From assembly GCA_964016885.1 (NCBI GenBank), contig OZ024742.1, forward strand, positions 260,152,001 through 260,216,000: a stretch of DNA of 64,000 nt, in the 5' to 3' direction. Of the stretch, positions 24,860-38,655 are shown in pieces (within the stretch, counting starts at the first letter, position 1; every line of letters starts with the position of its first letter). This DNA comes from Eledone cirrhosa. Taxonomy: Eukaryota. The position numbers and the translations under genes were made by a program. Under the pieces are notes generated by a model. The model was given only the letters and a program-made list of their open reading frames with translations. It did not search any database and was not told the DNA's origin.

Positions 24860-26878
24860 TATACTCTTTTACCTGTTCCAGTCATCTGGCTGAGACCATG
24901 CTGGGGTACCTCTCTTGTTGCAACACTTTCTATATCTAGCCTGTGTTGGCTGTCCATTGATGGAGAAGGGAGTTTGTTGCTGCTGGCCTTAGGTTACCTT
25001 CATTTCGTGCTGATGGCTCATCTGCAATCCTGGATAGCAGAGTGTCAAGATGTTTCTTGAAATCATCCACGTCCACACCATGCGGGTATCTCAAATTTCT
25101 TGGCAGCTTATTAAAGAGTTGAGGGCGTTTGAATCCCAGGCTATTGCAATATGTGCTCCTTATTCTAGATATGAAAGACGGTACCTTTGACACCACACAG
25201 TGACGTCCTGTTAAGGTGTTGGTCCAGCTCTCAATGCCAAAGTTTGGTGCTAGTGCCTCCAGGATCTTCCATATGTATATCACTGCATATCTCTTCTGCC
25301 TTCATTCCAAGGAGAAGAGTTTCAGTTCTTTTAGCCTCTCCCAGTAGCATCATCTCCTTCATCGTGACAATCCTCTTGATGTAGCTTCATTGGATTGCTT
25401 CAAGCTCTGTGGTTACTTTGACACTATGGGGTGACCACAACTGGGAGCAATAGTCCAGTTGGCTTAGGACAAATGCCTTTCATATTACCAACAAGGTCTT
25501 CCAGTGTCTTGTCCTGAAAGTCCTCAAGATCTAGCCAAGTCACCTGCATATTGTTGCGGCTCTCATGATGTGTGAAGAAAGTGATGAATCATCACTCATG
25601 TCTATACCCAGGTGTGATACCAATTTCGACACAGTGATTTCAATCCCTCCTGGACCGGTGTAGCTTTGTACTATCCTTGTGTTAGCAGGTTCATATTGTA
25701 GGGCTTGAAATTTTCCAGCATTAACCCATTTGTATATGGCTTTCAGATCTTGTTGCAAAAGAGTAGCATCAGCCGGGTTCTTGATTGCCTGTTCTATCTT
25801 TGTGTTATCAGCATAACTAGTGATGGATATTGTATGTACTACAGAGGACATGTCTGAGAGAGCCCCAAGAAGAGTAGTGGTCCCATGACCATGTCCTGGG
25901 GCACCCCACTTATTATTGATGTTTCCTTTGAGAGGGCCCCATTGGCTACAACAGTCTGGCTTCTGAATTTTAAGAAGTCATGCAGCCACTCACCTACTTT
26001 TCCAGTTATGCTAAGTCTGTGTAGTCTGTGACATATCATTCCATGGTTAACCTTGTTGAAGGCCTTTACAAAATCAAGGTATATCATGTCCAAATGTGAG
26101 CTGTCCAGCAGTTGTTTCAGTACCCAGTCGTAGTGTTGTAAAAGCTGTGTAATGGCAGCTTCTTCCTGGGTGAAAGCTGTGCTGAGTGTTAGGCGGTCAT
26201 TTTCCTCAAGAAACATGATCAGTTCCTTTCTTGTGATTCGTTCCATGACCTTGCTATGTAGTTTTTAGCCTCTGCTCTGCTTCCTACTTTATGGATAGGG
26301 CATATTATGCCAACTTTTAGCTCTCTGGGTAGTTTAACGCTAGCCAGAGAAATTTTGAAGAGAATCTTCAGTGGTCTTGCTTATTTTTAGGAGGATTGCT
26401 AGGAATCCATCAGGTCCAGCAGCTGAGTTTGCTCTCATTTCTTCTATGGTTGATATTACATCTTCCTCCATTATGTTTATGTGGTTGATGGTCTCCATTT
26501 CTTTGTAGAGTGCTGTGGTATTAAAGAATTCCTCAGGCTTTGTTATTTGCATGTGCCTCATTGGCGGTGTGAAAACACTTTTGTACTGTTCATTCATTTT
26601 CTCACTTATCCCTTGAGGATCCTTGGTCAATGGGCCATTTTTATGGAAAGATGGCCCAATCTTGCAGAGTAGCAGGGCAGTTTCAAATTTAAAGAAGGCC
26701 TTTGGGTTTGTTTTAATATTTTCTATGGCCCTGGTTTCTGTCTCAGCCCTCTCCTTCTCATGAGAAAGTTTGAGTGCGGTTTCAATTTCAAGCGGTGCCT
26801 GTTTCAGAGAGGGTTCCTTTTGTTGTGCATTTAACAGGTTTGAGATCTTTGTTCTTTGTCTCATAAGAATTTTCCTAT
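24860..26878 (-). mobile_element. CR1-clade LINE, RT region to 3' end, decayed
   Basis: SAAGPDGF.AILLK, QLLQHYD, DMIYLDF.KAF.KVNHG, SGVPQ..MGPLLFL, YADNTKI, IYIWKILE. Confidence 0.9.
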
Positions 26879-26879
26879 C

Positions 26880-27078
26880 TCTGGGTCGGAAAAGTGTAAA
26901 TGAACTGAGGGAGAGACTAGGCATAAGAGGAATCAAATGCTGTGTGCAGGAGAGGTGATGATGTTGGTATGGGTATGTGATGAAGGATGACAGCTGCATA
27001 AAAAGGTGCAGAGCACTCAAAGTCGATGGAAGCCTTGGAGTGGGGAGACCCAAGAAGACCTGGGATGAGGTGATAAAC
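26880..27078 (+). mobile_element. RTE fragment (same family as 35760 and 62896)
   Basis: ELRERLGIRGIKCCVQER..GRPKKTWDEVI. Confidence 0.85.
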
Positions 27079-27254
27079 CAACAGGTGCATGTGATTTTAT
27101 TGGCAGCATGACCCTCCCCAAGTATAATAATATATGTTTCAACAGACATTTTCAGACAAAAAACCTTGCAAAACAAATTAAAAAACAAAGTATAAAAGTA
27201 TATACAATATGTATATATATATATATTTATGTATATATACATACATACATATGC

Positions 27255-28588
27255 AATTGATGTTAGAAAAATACTAAACAACACCAGTGACATAGACCGC
27301 CTTTACTTGAAACGTAAGCAGGGAGGGAGAGGCCTAACATCAGTCCAGACAGCATTTGAATGTTGCATCATATCCCTCCAACAACATCTACGAACCACCT
27401 CAAAGCATAGGAGCCCGTCTCTCGAGCAAGTCTATCTGCATGAAACAGATAAGATCATGAGAGTTGGGAAGGAACTCATCGAGAGGTATTCCCTGAGTGA
27501 TAATCAAAAACTCACACCCAGGGAAGTCGCTCAGTAGTATTGCAGTAAATCCATGGATGAAAAACTGCATGCTTATCAGCAAAAAATCATGCATTGATAT
27601 GTTGCCAGGAAGCTCCAGAGTGAGAGTAATATAGATAAATAAAGTAATCTATCTTGGACCAACAACCGCTATATTGGCTCCCACTTTGAAGGATACGCTT
27701 TTGCAATCAAAGAACAGGAAGTCAACACGAAATACCTGATTCACAAAAGAGATAACAAGTGCAGACTCTGCAGAATTAACATCAAAGATGTCACCCATAT
27801 CATAAGCAGCTGTCCAAAGATGTCATCGCAGTACTATCTACCTATTAGGCATGATGTAGTGGCCAAAACACTGTACAATGCAATCCATAGAAAAGATAGC
27901 CCCGATGATAAACACATTAAAAGCTACAGCAATGTGGAAGACATACATATACATATTATGAAAGAGTACTGGTGGAATGTTCCAGTAAAAACCCCAATAA
28001 AATGCAGGCATAACAGACCAGATATTATGATATGGCACAGGGAAAAGAAGGCATGCACAGTAGTGGAAGTTAGCTGTCCAGCAGATGCCAATATAATATC
28101 AAAGATTAGCGAAAAGGAGAATATTTATGCAGAATTGATGAGAAATCTGCAGATACTCCACCCTGATTACACCTTCAGATTTATGCCTGTGATTATTGGG
28201 TCACTGGGATATGTTAGTAACTGCCTCAATACAAATCTTGAGAAGCTGGGCTTCACAGGAACAGAAAGAACACAACTAGTTAGGAAATTACAAGTACAAT
28301 CCATTAATGGAACAATAAAAATATGTAAAACATTCCAAAAATGTTGCATCTACTAACTGCATATACACATGTACAGATACTAAGCATATACAAATGCACA
28401 CATACAACTCAAAACATCCACATCCACACACAATAACATCCATATCTACACATGCATGCATGCAGACATGCATACATATCTACCTAGTTGATGTTGTGTA
28501 AATTCCAATGAGAGAGTCTTGTGTCTAACTTAGAAACCGACTCTCTCTCTATTGGCAAAAATTTGTGAAATTATAAAACCAGAAGAAC
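27255..28588 (+). mobile_element. R4/Dong-type non-LTR element (RLE), 3' portion with 3' UTR stem-loop
   Basis: IDRLYLKRKQGGRGL, CRLC..HIISSC, RHD, HNRPDI..VVEVSCP, PVIIGSLG; hairpin ccaatgagagagtc...gactctctctctattgg at ~28505-28555. Confidence 0.88.
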
Positions 28589-28615
28589 ATACATACATAC
28601 ATATATATATAACAC

Positions 28616-29869
28616 TGTATCTATCTCAGATATCGCACTTCCGGCAAGCTGTTTAACCTTAAGCGTCTCACTGCCAACACTAAGGTACTGAGTACCTTGA
28701 TCAGAGAAGTTTTATATGCAGATGATTGTGATCTTATTGAACACTCCCAGAGTGACATGCAACACCTTATGGATTCTTTTTCCAATGCGTGCAGTGCTTT
28801 GGGACTGACAATCAGTCAGAAGAAGACTGTCGTCATGTACCAACCTGCTCCGGATAAAGTTTTCAATGAACCCTCCATATACGTATATGGTAAAAAGCAG
28901 AAGGCTGCTGACACATTTGTGTATTTGGGGAGTATTCTGAGTGGCCTGCTCTCTGGATGCAGAAGTTGGTTTATGTGTTAGTAAGGCAAGTGAGTCATTT
29001 GGAAGGCTCAACGACCTTCTTTGGTGCAGGCGAGGAATCACATTGAGGACCAAGGTGAGAGTGTATGCTGCATGTGTACTATCAGCTTTGCTGTATGCAT
29101 GTGAGACATGGGTTGCCTACAAACGGCATATCCATAGAGTGGAAAGGTTTCACCAGCAGTGTCTCAGAATGATGCTCAGTATCAAGTGACAGATGCATGT
29201 GAGTGATGTTGAGGTCCTTGAGAGAAGTAAGTGTCAGAACATTGAGAGTATCATCCACCAACGGCATGGACCGAACACCTCTGCAGAATGAACGATGATC
29301 GAATCCCAAAACAACTCTTGTATGGCGAGCTTTGTGAGAGTAAGAGACCACCTCACAAGCCAAGGCTCCGATTCAAGGATTGTGCAAAGGACTCATTGAA
29401 AAAAACTGGTTTGATGATGGCTGTCTGGGAGATAGAAGCTCTTGAAAGAGAAACTTGGCGTGGAATGGTGAATGATGGGGTCCATAATTTTGAGGACAGA
29501 CGCATAGAGCACGAGAAAGTCAAACGGGATGTGTGTAAGCAATGCCCTGGTGTATCTCTCGAAACAATCGGTGTCTCCATTGAATTGAAGTGCCCTGAGT
29601 GTGGAAACATTTGCTTGAGCAAATCTGGTCTCAGGAGCCACAGTCGCAGCCATGTTCAAAGAGAACCAGTGAACTATGATCTCCACGGGGTTGTGAGGGT
29701 TCACGGGCAACCTGATGCTGATGCAGGACCTCAAGCCAGGGAGATCCATAGTTGTCGTCAGTGTATGAAAGAGTGCAAGTCTTTAGCAGGCTTGAAAAGC
29801 CATATCCGAGCATCACACATCTGAATCTGACAAGCGATTGCAATACTCTTGGCAGAGTTTGCAGCCATC

Positions 29870-29872
<3 letters not shown>
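28616..29872 (+). mobile_element. RTE (BovB-like) LINE 3' half with two C-terminal C2H2 zinc fingers
   Basis: YRTSGKLFNL.RL, LYADDC, FVYLGS, LLYACETW, RIPKQLLYGEL, CPECG..C.SKSGL.SH.RSH and CRQC..CKSLAGL.SH.RASH. Confidence 0.9.
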
Positions 29873-29913
<41 letters not shown>

Positions 29914-29919
29914 GTATGT

Positions 29920-32900
29920 TATCTCTTTCTCTTAATTTCGAGTATATTTTTTGACCGGCCACCTTCCTGGTGGCAAGGTTGTAAAAGAAAAGAAATTGTC
30001 ATCCCTTGAATCGCAAGAATGTTTTGCAAATTTTGAAGGTGCCATTTGAAGACTATGAATTAGGGAGCTGCGCTCTTTGTCCGCAAATCCAAGTTCGGTC
30101 ATACTTTGGTCCAAGCGGCTTGGTATATCACCCGTAGCTCCAATAATCATGGGTATGAAGCTAAAGGTGTATCTTGGATACTGGATTTGTAAACTCCTCA
30201 TCAATGGTCCGTAGATATCCTCCTTCTCCTGTATTTTTCTGACAACGTTTACATCAAGTGGGCAGCTGATCTCCACAACAGAACACGTTTTCAATGTGTG
30301 GTCCCAAACAACAATATCAGGCCGGTTGTGCTTTAATTTGATGGCAGTTTTTATTTTCAGGTTCCACCAGTATTCCTTAGTGCCATCTGTCTCAATATAT
30401 TCTTCCTCGTTTGTTAATTTTGTTTTCCGAAGTGCGTTCCAGATGGTTCTAGCTATCCCATCGTGTCTCATGGGGAGGTAGTAGCGAGATGACATTCTTT
30501 CGCAGCTGGCAACAATGTGGCTTACATCTTTGATCTTTGTTTTACATAGCCTACATTTATTGTCAGCTGATGGCCCTCCTCTTTTGTGCAGCAGATATTT
30601 GGTAGGGAGTTCTTGTTCCTGTATTGCATAGAGATATCCCTCAAGGTGTGATGTCATAACCTTGTCGGAACTCCATGCCAGGCTTTTTGAGTGGTTTATC
30701 CCCTCTATGGTCTGTGTTTTACGTCTCAAGTATCCATGCACAACTTTTTCTCTAAATTAGTCAATTTTTTCATCTTGTTTGAACATTGAATAGGATCTTC
30801 CGATTTCTCTGGGTGAGAGATTTATATCAGGGTTTATTCCATATCTCTCCTCCAGATCAGTGGCTATTCTAATGATATTTTTTTTTTCATGCTCATAAAC
30901 CTGGGAAAGATGGTTGCCAACCTTTTTCCTCTGTTGAAGATGTTGCTTCAGTGTTACTATCCGGGTCTCATATGATGTTAATATGGATTTTAGACCCGGC
31001 CACCATCCTTGCGTGAGAAGTATAGCCTATCCACATCACCATTGATGTTAAAGTTCCCAGTAACACTGAGAAGTTTGCGAGTTCTAACATCCATCTCACT
31101 TAGTTCTTGCAATGACCAGTTCAGCAGGCCAAATGTTGGCGTTAGAATTGGCACAGAATAAGTATTGTGGGCAATGTATTTGTTGTACGCTGACAGTTCT
31201 TATGACCATATTATTTTTACTCTTCTGAGGTATTCAGTTCTGGTTCTCTCCTTATTTATGGGTCCATCATATCTGACATTCTCATCCTGTTCAAGATATC
31301 TGTAGTTGTCACCTGACTGTAGAGGTTGTATTGTCAGGCTGTTCATCTCTAGATTTCTAGCGGAGGGCACAGCTCTTCCACGTTTTACTGCCAAATATGC
31401 ACACTTGGACTCAACAAATTTCATTTTGATGTCTGTTGAAAATTGTGTAGAGATCCAATTGTTTCTTGATGTCATTGATATTTGGCAATTACAAATTCAG
31501 GTCATCAATAAAGAAAAGATGGGAGATATTTCGGGACCCACTTTTTTGTCCACCTTGTTTCCTGAGTAGGTTAGATGGTGGATTTAGTGAGAGAACGAAG
31601 AGTAGCACTGACAAGCTATCACCCTGAAAGATGCCCTTCTGGTAATGTATCTTATCAGTCTTAACTTGCTCCTTCTCACCTCTAAGGATCAAAGTGGTGT
31701 ACCAGTTCTTGGTCAGACGTTCAACAGCAGCTACCAGTGGTTGTGGGACTTTGGCTAACTGTAAAGCCTTAACAATCCACCCATGAGGTACACTATCAAA
31801 TGCTTTTTGATAGTCCAGCCACACCACAGTCATGTTTCTGTGATTCTTTGTTGTTTTTTCTTGAATCATTTTATTAGTTAGTAGGTGATCTATGCAACCC
31901 CACACCTCCCTATTTCCACCATCTTGCTCAGGTGTTATGATGTTGGTAGCACAGTGATCCTGTAAGAACAGGTTAAGGCACCCAGTATATAATTTATACA
32001 TGATGTTTTGGCAGGCTATTGGGCGATAATTTTTAGCAAGGGTGGTTTGGCTATTTTTGGGAATGAGGAGAGTAGTGGCAGTTGATAACCATCTGGGCAG
32101 TTCTTGTGTGCCTTTAATGGTTTCTGTAAACAGCCGTATGAGATCTTGCCGATAGAAAGTGAAATTCTTCAACCAGTATCCTGTAATGAGGTCTGGGCCT
32201 GGTGATTTCCTATTCAACATTTTCTGTAGAGCTGTTTCCAGTATTGACCCATCTATGTCATATTGTTTTGTCTCGACATGTTGGCAGTAGTCCTGTTCCA
32301 GTTCTTTTAGCCATATAGTTTGTCTGTTGAATCCGTCATCCGTTTCCCATACAGATCTCCAGTAGCTCTCAACCTGTTCTTTTGAAGGGGTGTCATTTAC
32401 AGGGATTAAGCTTTTCCCACCGAAGCTGCGATAAACTGATTTAGGATCTCTGGCAAACAATCTATTTAGCACTTGTCGTTTATGTGCTGTTGACTTATAT
32501 TTTAGTCTTTCTGTTGTAGCTGTGAGTTGTTGTTTCAACTGGTGTAATTCGGAGTTTAAAGTTTTAAATTTTCTATCTCCAAATCGTCTCTCTAATTTTT
32601 TTTTAGGTCTTCCTGGTGTCATGTGAAGTTGCTCTCTATGTTGTATTTCATAACGACTGCGATGTGTGAGATACTTCGTCTCAGGGACAAAATTTTGCTT
32701 TTTAAATTTCACATCCACGCTGGTTCAGGCTTTATGTTTGTATCTTGATTGCTTGGTTTCAGATGTTTGTTTTATGATAGCAATGTGACAGCTGAAACAT
32801 ATAACAAAATGTTAAGTGTTTCAAATGTCGTTTCTACACCTTTAGATCGTATAGCCTTCAGATAATTGCCAGCTATTTCGTTCACCGCTTCCAATTCCAA

Positions 32901-34109
32901 TTTAGTGGGTTCTTTACTGATTCTGGTGTTGTATGGTCTGTCACTCACATTAAGGCTGTGTATCTCTTGAAACATATCGTCCCATATCACTTGTAAGGTG
33001 TCCACAAGTTTTTGGTGTTCTGTTTGTACAGTAGAGTCATGAATTTAAGCCTCGTTGTTGATGTGGTGACAATTACTACTAGAGTTAGCTGACCATTCTC
33101 GCTATTCTTCAGTGGAAGTGGGATGGATTTCAGCAAAATTGTTGGTGAACTGTTCACTGTTAGATTTAGCTGGCCATTCTCTTTGTCTGTCAGTGGAGGT
33201 GGGGTGGTTGTCTACAAGGGGTGTATTTGTAGTATCACTCAATTCCGTTAGATGTATCAATTTACATCTAATGATACGTTTTGCCTGTTCATTTAAATGC
33301 TTTGGAGAAAAGTCTAATTCTGGGTGTTTGGAGTTCCATAAAGTTTTTAGCCTTTGCATAAAACCGAACTTTTGGGGTCAGATTGTTTGTATGCTTCATA
33401 TAATTCTTTGTTAAGCTTGTAGCTCCACTGTATACAACGGTTGTAGTTGCGATTTGGTCGAAGGAGACTTGTACATTTTGCCATGATGAGTTCGTCTATT
33501 CACTAATATTTTGTATTTATTTTTCAAAATAGTCGATGATCTTCTTTAAAAGTTTCGACAAAGTTCTGTCAGAATCAAATTTAAAGTTATTCACAGCTTC
33601 GGTAATATTTCTTTTCAGTTAGTTTTTAATTCAACAACTGTGTTTTAAGCATTGTTCTTGAATCGAGAACAAAAAGAAAAAAAAAAAAATGTTACTTAGT
33701 ATATTTCTTTATGAATGTAATATAATATAACGACGCTGTATTTATATGTTAAAGTTTATGTATCATTCATATAAATAAGTGTTCTACAACATATTCACAG
33801 TTCAAACACTTATGTTTTTGTTTCTGAATCGAAAACATTACTTGCATATTTCTTTACAAATGTAATATAACAACGTTGCATTTATATGTTAAAGTGTATG
33901 TATCGTTCATATATCATAAGGTGTATGTATCGTTCATATAAATAGGTGTTTTACAACACACTTACAGTTCGAAAAAATAAGTAGAATTATTGTATGTAAT
34001 CTTACCGCGTAATGTAGCTCAACTTGTTACAATATATGGTATGTTGCCTTCATGTAAGCCGTAATTACACACGTCCGATTATCGGACACTGAGCACAACG
34101 GTTGCCATT

Positions 34110-34110
<1 letters not shown>
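29920..34110 (-). mobile_element. Near-full-length R4/Dong-type non-LTR retrotransposon (RT + CCHC + RLE), pseudogenised
   Basis: Putative ATG at 33484; N-terminal W..LN.ELY..GFMQRLKTLW; KSPGPD, NYRPIAC, WLDYQKAFDSVPH, GIFQGDSLS, HLFFIDDL, CRLC..HIVASC, RHD, HNRPDI..VEISCP. The 5' UTR extent (33485-34110) is inferred. Confidence 0.92.
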
Positions 34111-34648
<538 letters not shown>

Positions 34649-34649
34649 G

Positions 34650-35095
34650 AGATTTGGCATAGTTAGAAAATTAGGTGAGTGGCTGCATGACTTCCTAAAA
34701 GGCAAAAGGAACCATCAATAAGTTGGTTGCCCCAGGGGACTGTCTTGGGACCACTACTGTTTTTCTCTCACTAGCTATGCTGATGACAAAAAGATAGCAA
34801 AGGCAATCAAGCACCCAGCTGATGCTGTCTTTTCAAGATCTGGATGGCATATACAAATGGGCTGAGGACAACAACGTGTAATTTAATGCTAGAAAATTTC
34901 AAGCTCTACGATTTCAACCTGCAAACACAAGGACAGTACAACAAATCTTCACTGGTCCAGGAGGATTGAAATCCTTGTGTCGAAATTTATACAAGTCTTG
35001 GGTATAGACATGAGCGATAATGCATTCATACATCATGAAAATGGCAACAATGTACAGACGACTCACTGGCTGGATCTGGGCGACTTTCAAGGATA
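34650..35095 (+). mobile_element. CR1 fragment, inverted relative to 25540-26020
   Basis: [41 protein letters not shown]. Confidence 0.8.
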
Positions 35096-35099
35096 CAGG

Positions 35100-35724
35100 C
35101 ATGGATTACTCTATCTATGGTAAGTTATTACTAAGTCTATGCCATACTGAAATGGGAATCCAACTTGTGGGGTGTGCAATGAAGAAAGAATCAATATCCT
35201 GAGATGATTACGTAATAGCGCTTCAAGGAATGAACTTTTTTCACCTTGTCCACATGTCTGGAAACACCTATTACGTAATTACAAAGCTCCAGATTCATCA
35301 TCATCATCATGATCATCACCGTTTTACGTCCGTTCTTCCACGCTAGCATGGGTTAGACGGGTTGTCCTGTTGTGGGCAGTGTCTGGTCGGCTGACCATGC
35401 ATTGCTCAAAACAATCTATAATATTTTGGACTGAATAACATGAATAATATGTAATTATTCTGAGCATCCACAGTTGTCACCCTCACATCGATTTATCATA
35501 GGTTTACCTCCCCTTTAGGAAGTAACTGTTTCTGCACATTCATATTCATACAGTTTTTTTCTTCCTTTTCCGTAAAACCTCATTTAAACCGAGCTGATGA
35601 TCCAAATTAGGTGAAACAATTGTTCTCGGTAATGGTGAACTAACTGTTGTGGAACTACTACCAAACTTGTCCTATGGATTGAGTGCTCTACTGCTACGGA
35701 TATAACCCTCCAGTGTTCTACTAT

Positions 35725-35725
<1 letters not shown>
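35100..35725 (+). mobile_element. Penelope-like element 3' end (GIY-YIG C-terminus + pseudo-LTR)
   Basis: GNPTCGVCNEERINIL...RNELFSPCPH matches the CxxCxxE..I..RxE...CxH tail of Penelope endonucleases; hammerhead motif downstream; interrupted by a short minus-strand (GAT)n tail module at 35296-35405. Confidence 0.65.
35588..35630 (+). ncRNA. Minimal type-I hammerhead ribozyme motif
   Basis: ACCGAG-CTGATGA-TCCAAATTAGGT-GAAAC-AATT-GTT-CTCGGT: perfect 6-bp stem I, intact core, palindromic stem III, weak stem II. Confidence 0.65.
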
Positions 35726-35759
<34 letters not shown>

Positions 35760-36735
35760 TAGAAACAGTAGCCAGCTTCTGCTACCTGAATGACCAAATT
35801 AGCAGCAGAGGTGGGTGTTCTGAAAGTATAATAGCCAGTGTAAGAATGGGATGGAAGAGGTTTAAGGGAGCTACTACCACTGCTAGCTACAAAATGCTTA
35901 TTCCTCAAAGTGAAAGGCAGACTGTATGATGTGTGCATATGAACAGCAATGTTGCATGGTAGTGAGTCCTAGATGCTGTGTGCAGAAGACCTGCATAGAT
36001 TGGAAAGGAATGAAGCTTGCATGTTCCGATGGATGTGTAATAGAAATATACATAAACGGTAAAGCATAAATGTACTGAGAGAGAAACTAGGCATAAGAGG
36101 AATCAGATGCTGTGTGCAGGAGAGGAGATAGCATTGGTATGGACATGTGATGCTTATGAAGGATGACAGCTGTATAAAAAGGTGCAGAGCACTCAAAGTT
36201 GATGGAAGTCGGGAGACCCATGAAGACTTGGGATGTGGTGATAAAAGCTGACCTTGCCCAATTGCACCTTTCAAAGGCAATGACACAGGATCGAGATCTC
36301 TGGCGCTACGCAGTTATACAGAAGACTTGACTTCTCACAAGCACAGGCTGAAGATGAAGTATATAAATGATATGCACCGCCCCACCCTACACACTCCCAC
36401 ACATCTCGCATGAGGACAACAGGCTGAAGTATACATCCAGTGAAGCCTCTATCCCACACTGTAAAGTGGTTGTGATGACGACACAACAAAAAGCCCCTAG
36501 CCCACACTGTAAATTGGTCATATAGGTGCCACAGCAAAAAACATCCAGTCCACACTGTAATGTGATCTTGTAGGCATCAAAAAACATCCAGTACTCACTA
36601 TAAATGAGGTTGGCGCTAGGAAGGACATCCAGATGTAAAAACCAAGCCAAAATTGGTTCTGTATGAGCATTACACATAACAGGATAACTTGTCTAACGCA
36701 TGCCAGCATGGAAAAATGGACATTAAATGATGATC
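35760..36735 (+). mobile_element. RTE 3' portion with 3' UTR and (GAT)n tail
   Basis: LETVASFCYL.D..GG, RLERNEACM.RWMC, LREKLGIRGI, WYGHV; tail module ends gcatggaaaaatggacattaaatgatgat. Confidence 0.9.
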
Positions 36736-36786
36736 ATCATCATCATCTTCGTTTAACGTCCATCTTCCACGCTAGCATGGGTTAGA

Positions 36787-36842
<56 letters not shown>

Positions 36843-36844
<2 letters not shown>

Positions 36845-37200
36845 TCATCGTCATCATTTACCATCCATCTTCCACACTAGCATGGGTAGGATGGGTTAAA
36901 CCTTAGGGAGAAAATCAGGTCAGAGGACCATGTTTAGCTCACCCAGGGCAGATTTTGGCTTGATTTCTACAGCTGGATGCCCTTCCTAACTGCAACCACA
37001 TTTACAGTGTGTACTAGGTGTTTTTTGTCATGTCACCTACACAACCACTTTACAGTGGGGACTGGACACTTTTGTCGTGGAACTAGAGAGGGGGGAGGAA
37101 TGGTTACCGCAAAGAGAGGTGTATGGGAGGAGAGAAGGTTGAGGAAGGTGTTGGCTACTAGGTATAAGCCTCAGCCCAAGAATAATAGAGGGCGGGTCTT
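36843..37200 (-). mobile_element. RTE/SINE 3' tail module, inverted copy
   Basis: atcatcatc..tccatcttccacactagcatgggt..tttctacagctggatgcccttcctaac. Confidence 0.75.
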
Positions 37201-37435
37201 CTGTGTATATATATATGTCTATATATATATATATATAATATAATAATTGTTTCTACTTGTGGCACAAGGCCAGCAATTACTCAGTACATTACTGGTACTT
37301 TATTTTATTGACCCCGTAACCTAACAAGGACGATATCATTTGTGTGTGTATGTATATGTATTTATATATGTGTGAATGTATTTTATATATATGTATATAT
37401 ATTTATATATGTGTATGTATATATATGTATATATT

Positions 37436-37876
37436 TTCTAGGGCGGGTAAAATTCCCGAGATCCATGGACGAGTTCTCTCCAGCGGTCTCTGTCCCTCAT
37501 TATCGCTGCCATGTCCTGCGTCTCCAACAGACCAGTGTCTGTCCTTAGGGCATCAACATATGTTAACCTTGGTCTTCCTCTTCCAGTGTGTCCATGTAGG
37601 GGCTCCCACAGGAGCACTGAGTGCAATGTCAACTCTGGATGTCGGTGAGCATGTCCAGCTAACCTCAGTCTCCTCTGTGTCACTTTTGAGCTGACTTTTG
37701 GGAGCCTCCCATACAGCTCTGAGTTTTTCATCCTCAGTGTATACTGATTAATGTTCAGAGCCATCCTCAGCATTCTCGTGTAGCACCCATCCACCATCTG
37801 AGTGAGTTTCTTGGTCAGTGTCCAAGTCTCAGACCCGTACAGCAGCACAGACTCCACTAAGCCATGTGCCTCCATC
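37436..37876 (-). mobile_element. RTE-clade C-terminal fragment (distinct family)
   Basis: [46 protein letters not shown]; still open over 146 codons. Confidence 0.88.
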
Positions 37877-38042
37877 ATATATATATATATTTATATATGT
37901 ATATACATAAATATATATATATATATGTATATATATATATTTATGTATGTATATACATAAATATATATATATATATACATATATATCATCATCATCATCA
38001 CCGTTTAACATCCATTTTTCCATGCTGGCATATGTATGTGTG

Positions 38043-38429
38043 TGAAGGGTTCAGTGTGGCCAACTGGCCTATGCCTCTTCATAGCAGTGCCATCCAGTAC
38101 CATGCTCCAAAACTATGGTTTCCGCTGTGAGATGAGTTTGGCACAGCCAACCAGGCTGTCCCTTCTCATAGTGTTACCATCTTGTTCCGGGCTCCACAAC
38201 CATTGACTCCACTGTCAGTTGGGTTTGGTGCGGCCATCTGGCCTGTCCCTCCTCATATAGGTGCCATCCAGACCCACACTATAAATGTAGTTGGTGTTAG
38301 GAAAGTCATCCAGCTGTAAAACCCCCAGCCAAACGGTATGGCCAATTTTGGCCAGACTTGTCTACCAACACGGACAACCAGTCTAACCCATGCAAGCATG
38401 GAAAATGGACGCTAAACAGTGATGACGAT

Positions 38430-38430
<1 letters not shown>
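38043..38430 (+). mobile_element. RTE 3' UTR repeat block + tail (same as 20500-21770)
   Basis: gaagggttcagtgtggccaactggcct..ctcatag..gtgccatccag units followed by the tail module. Confidence 0.75.
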
Positions 38431-38468
<38 letters not shown>

Positions 38469-38655
38469 CTAGCATGGAAGATGGACATTAAACGAAGATG
38501 ATGATAATGATGATATATATTTATATATGTATATATATTTATGATATATATTTATATATGTATATATATATGATATATATTTATATATGTATATATTTAT
38601 GATATATATTTATATATGTATATATATATGTATATATATTTATATATTTATATAT

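Noticed and set aside
26340-27293. 317-aa minus-strand ORF
   Set aside because: Chimeric read-through of microsatellite, antisense RTE and CR1 sequence.
31489-32718. Intact 409-aa RT as a domesticated or active gene
   Set aside because: It is part of an R4/Dong element with frameshifts and stops on both sides.
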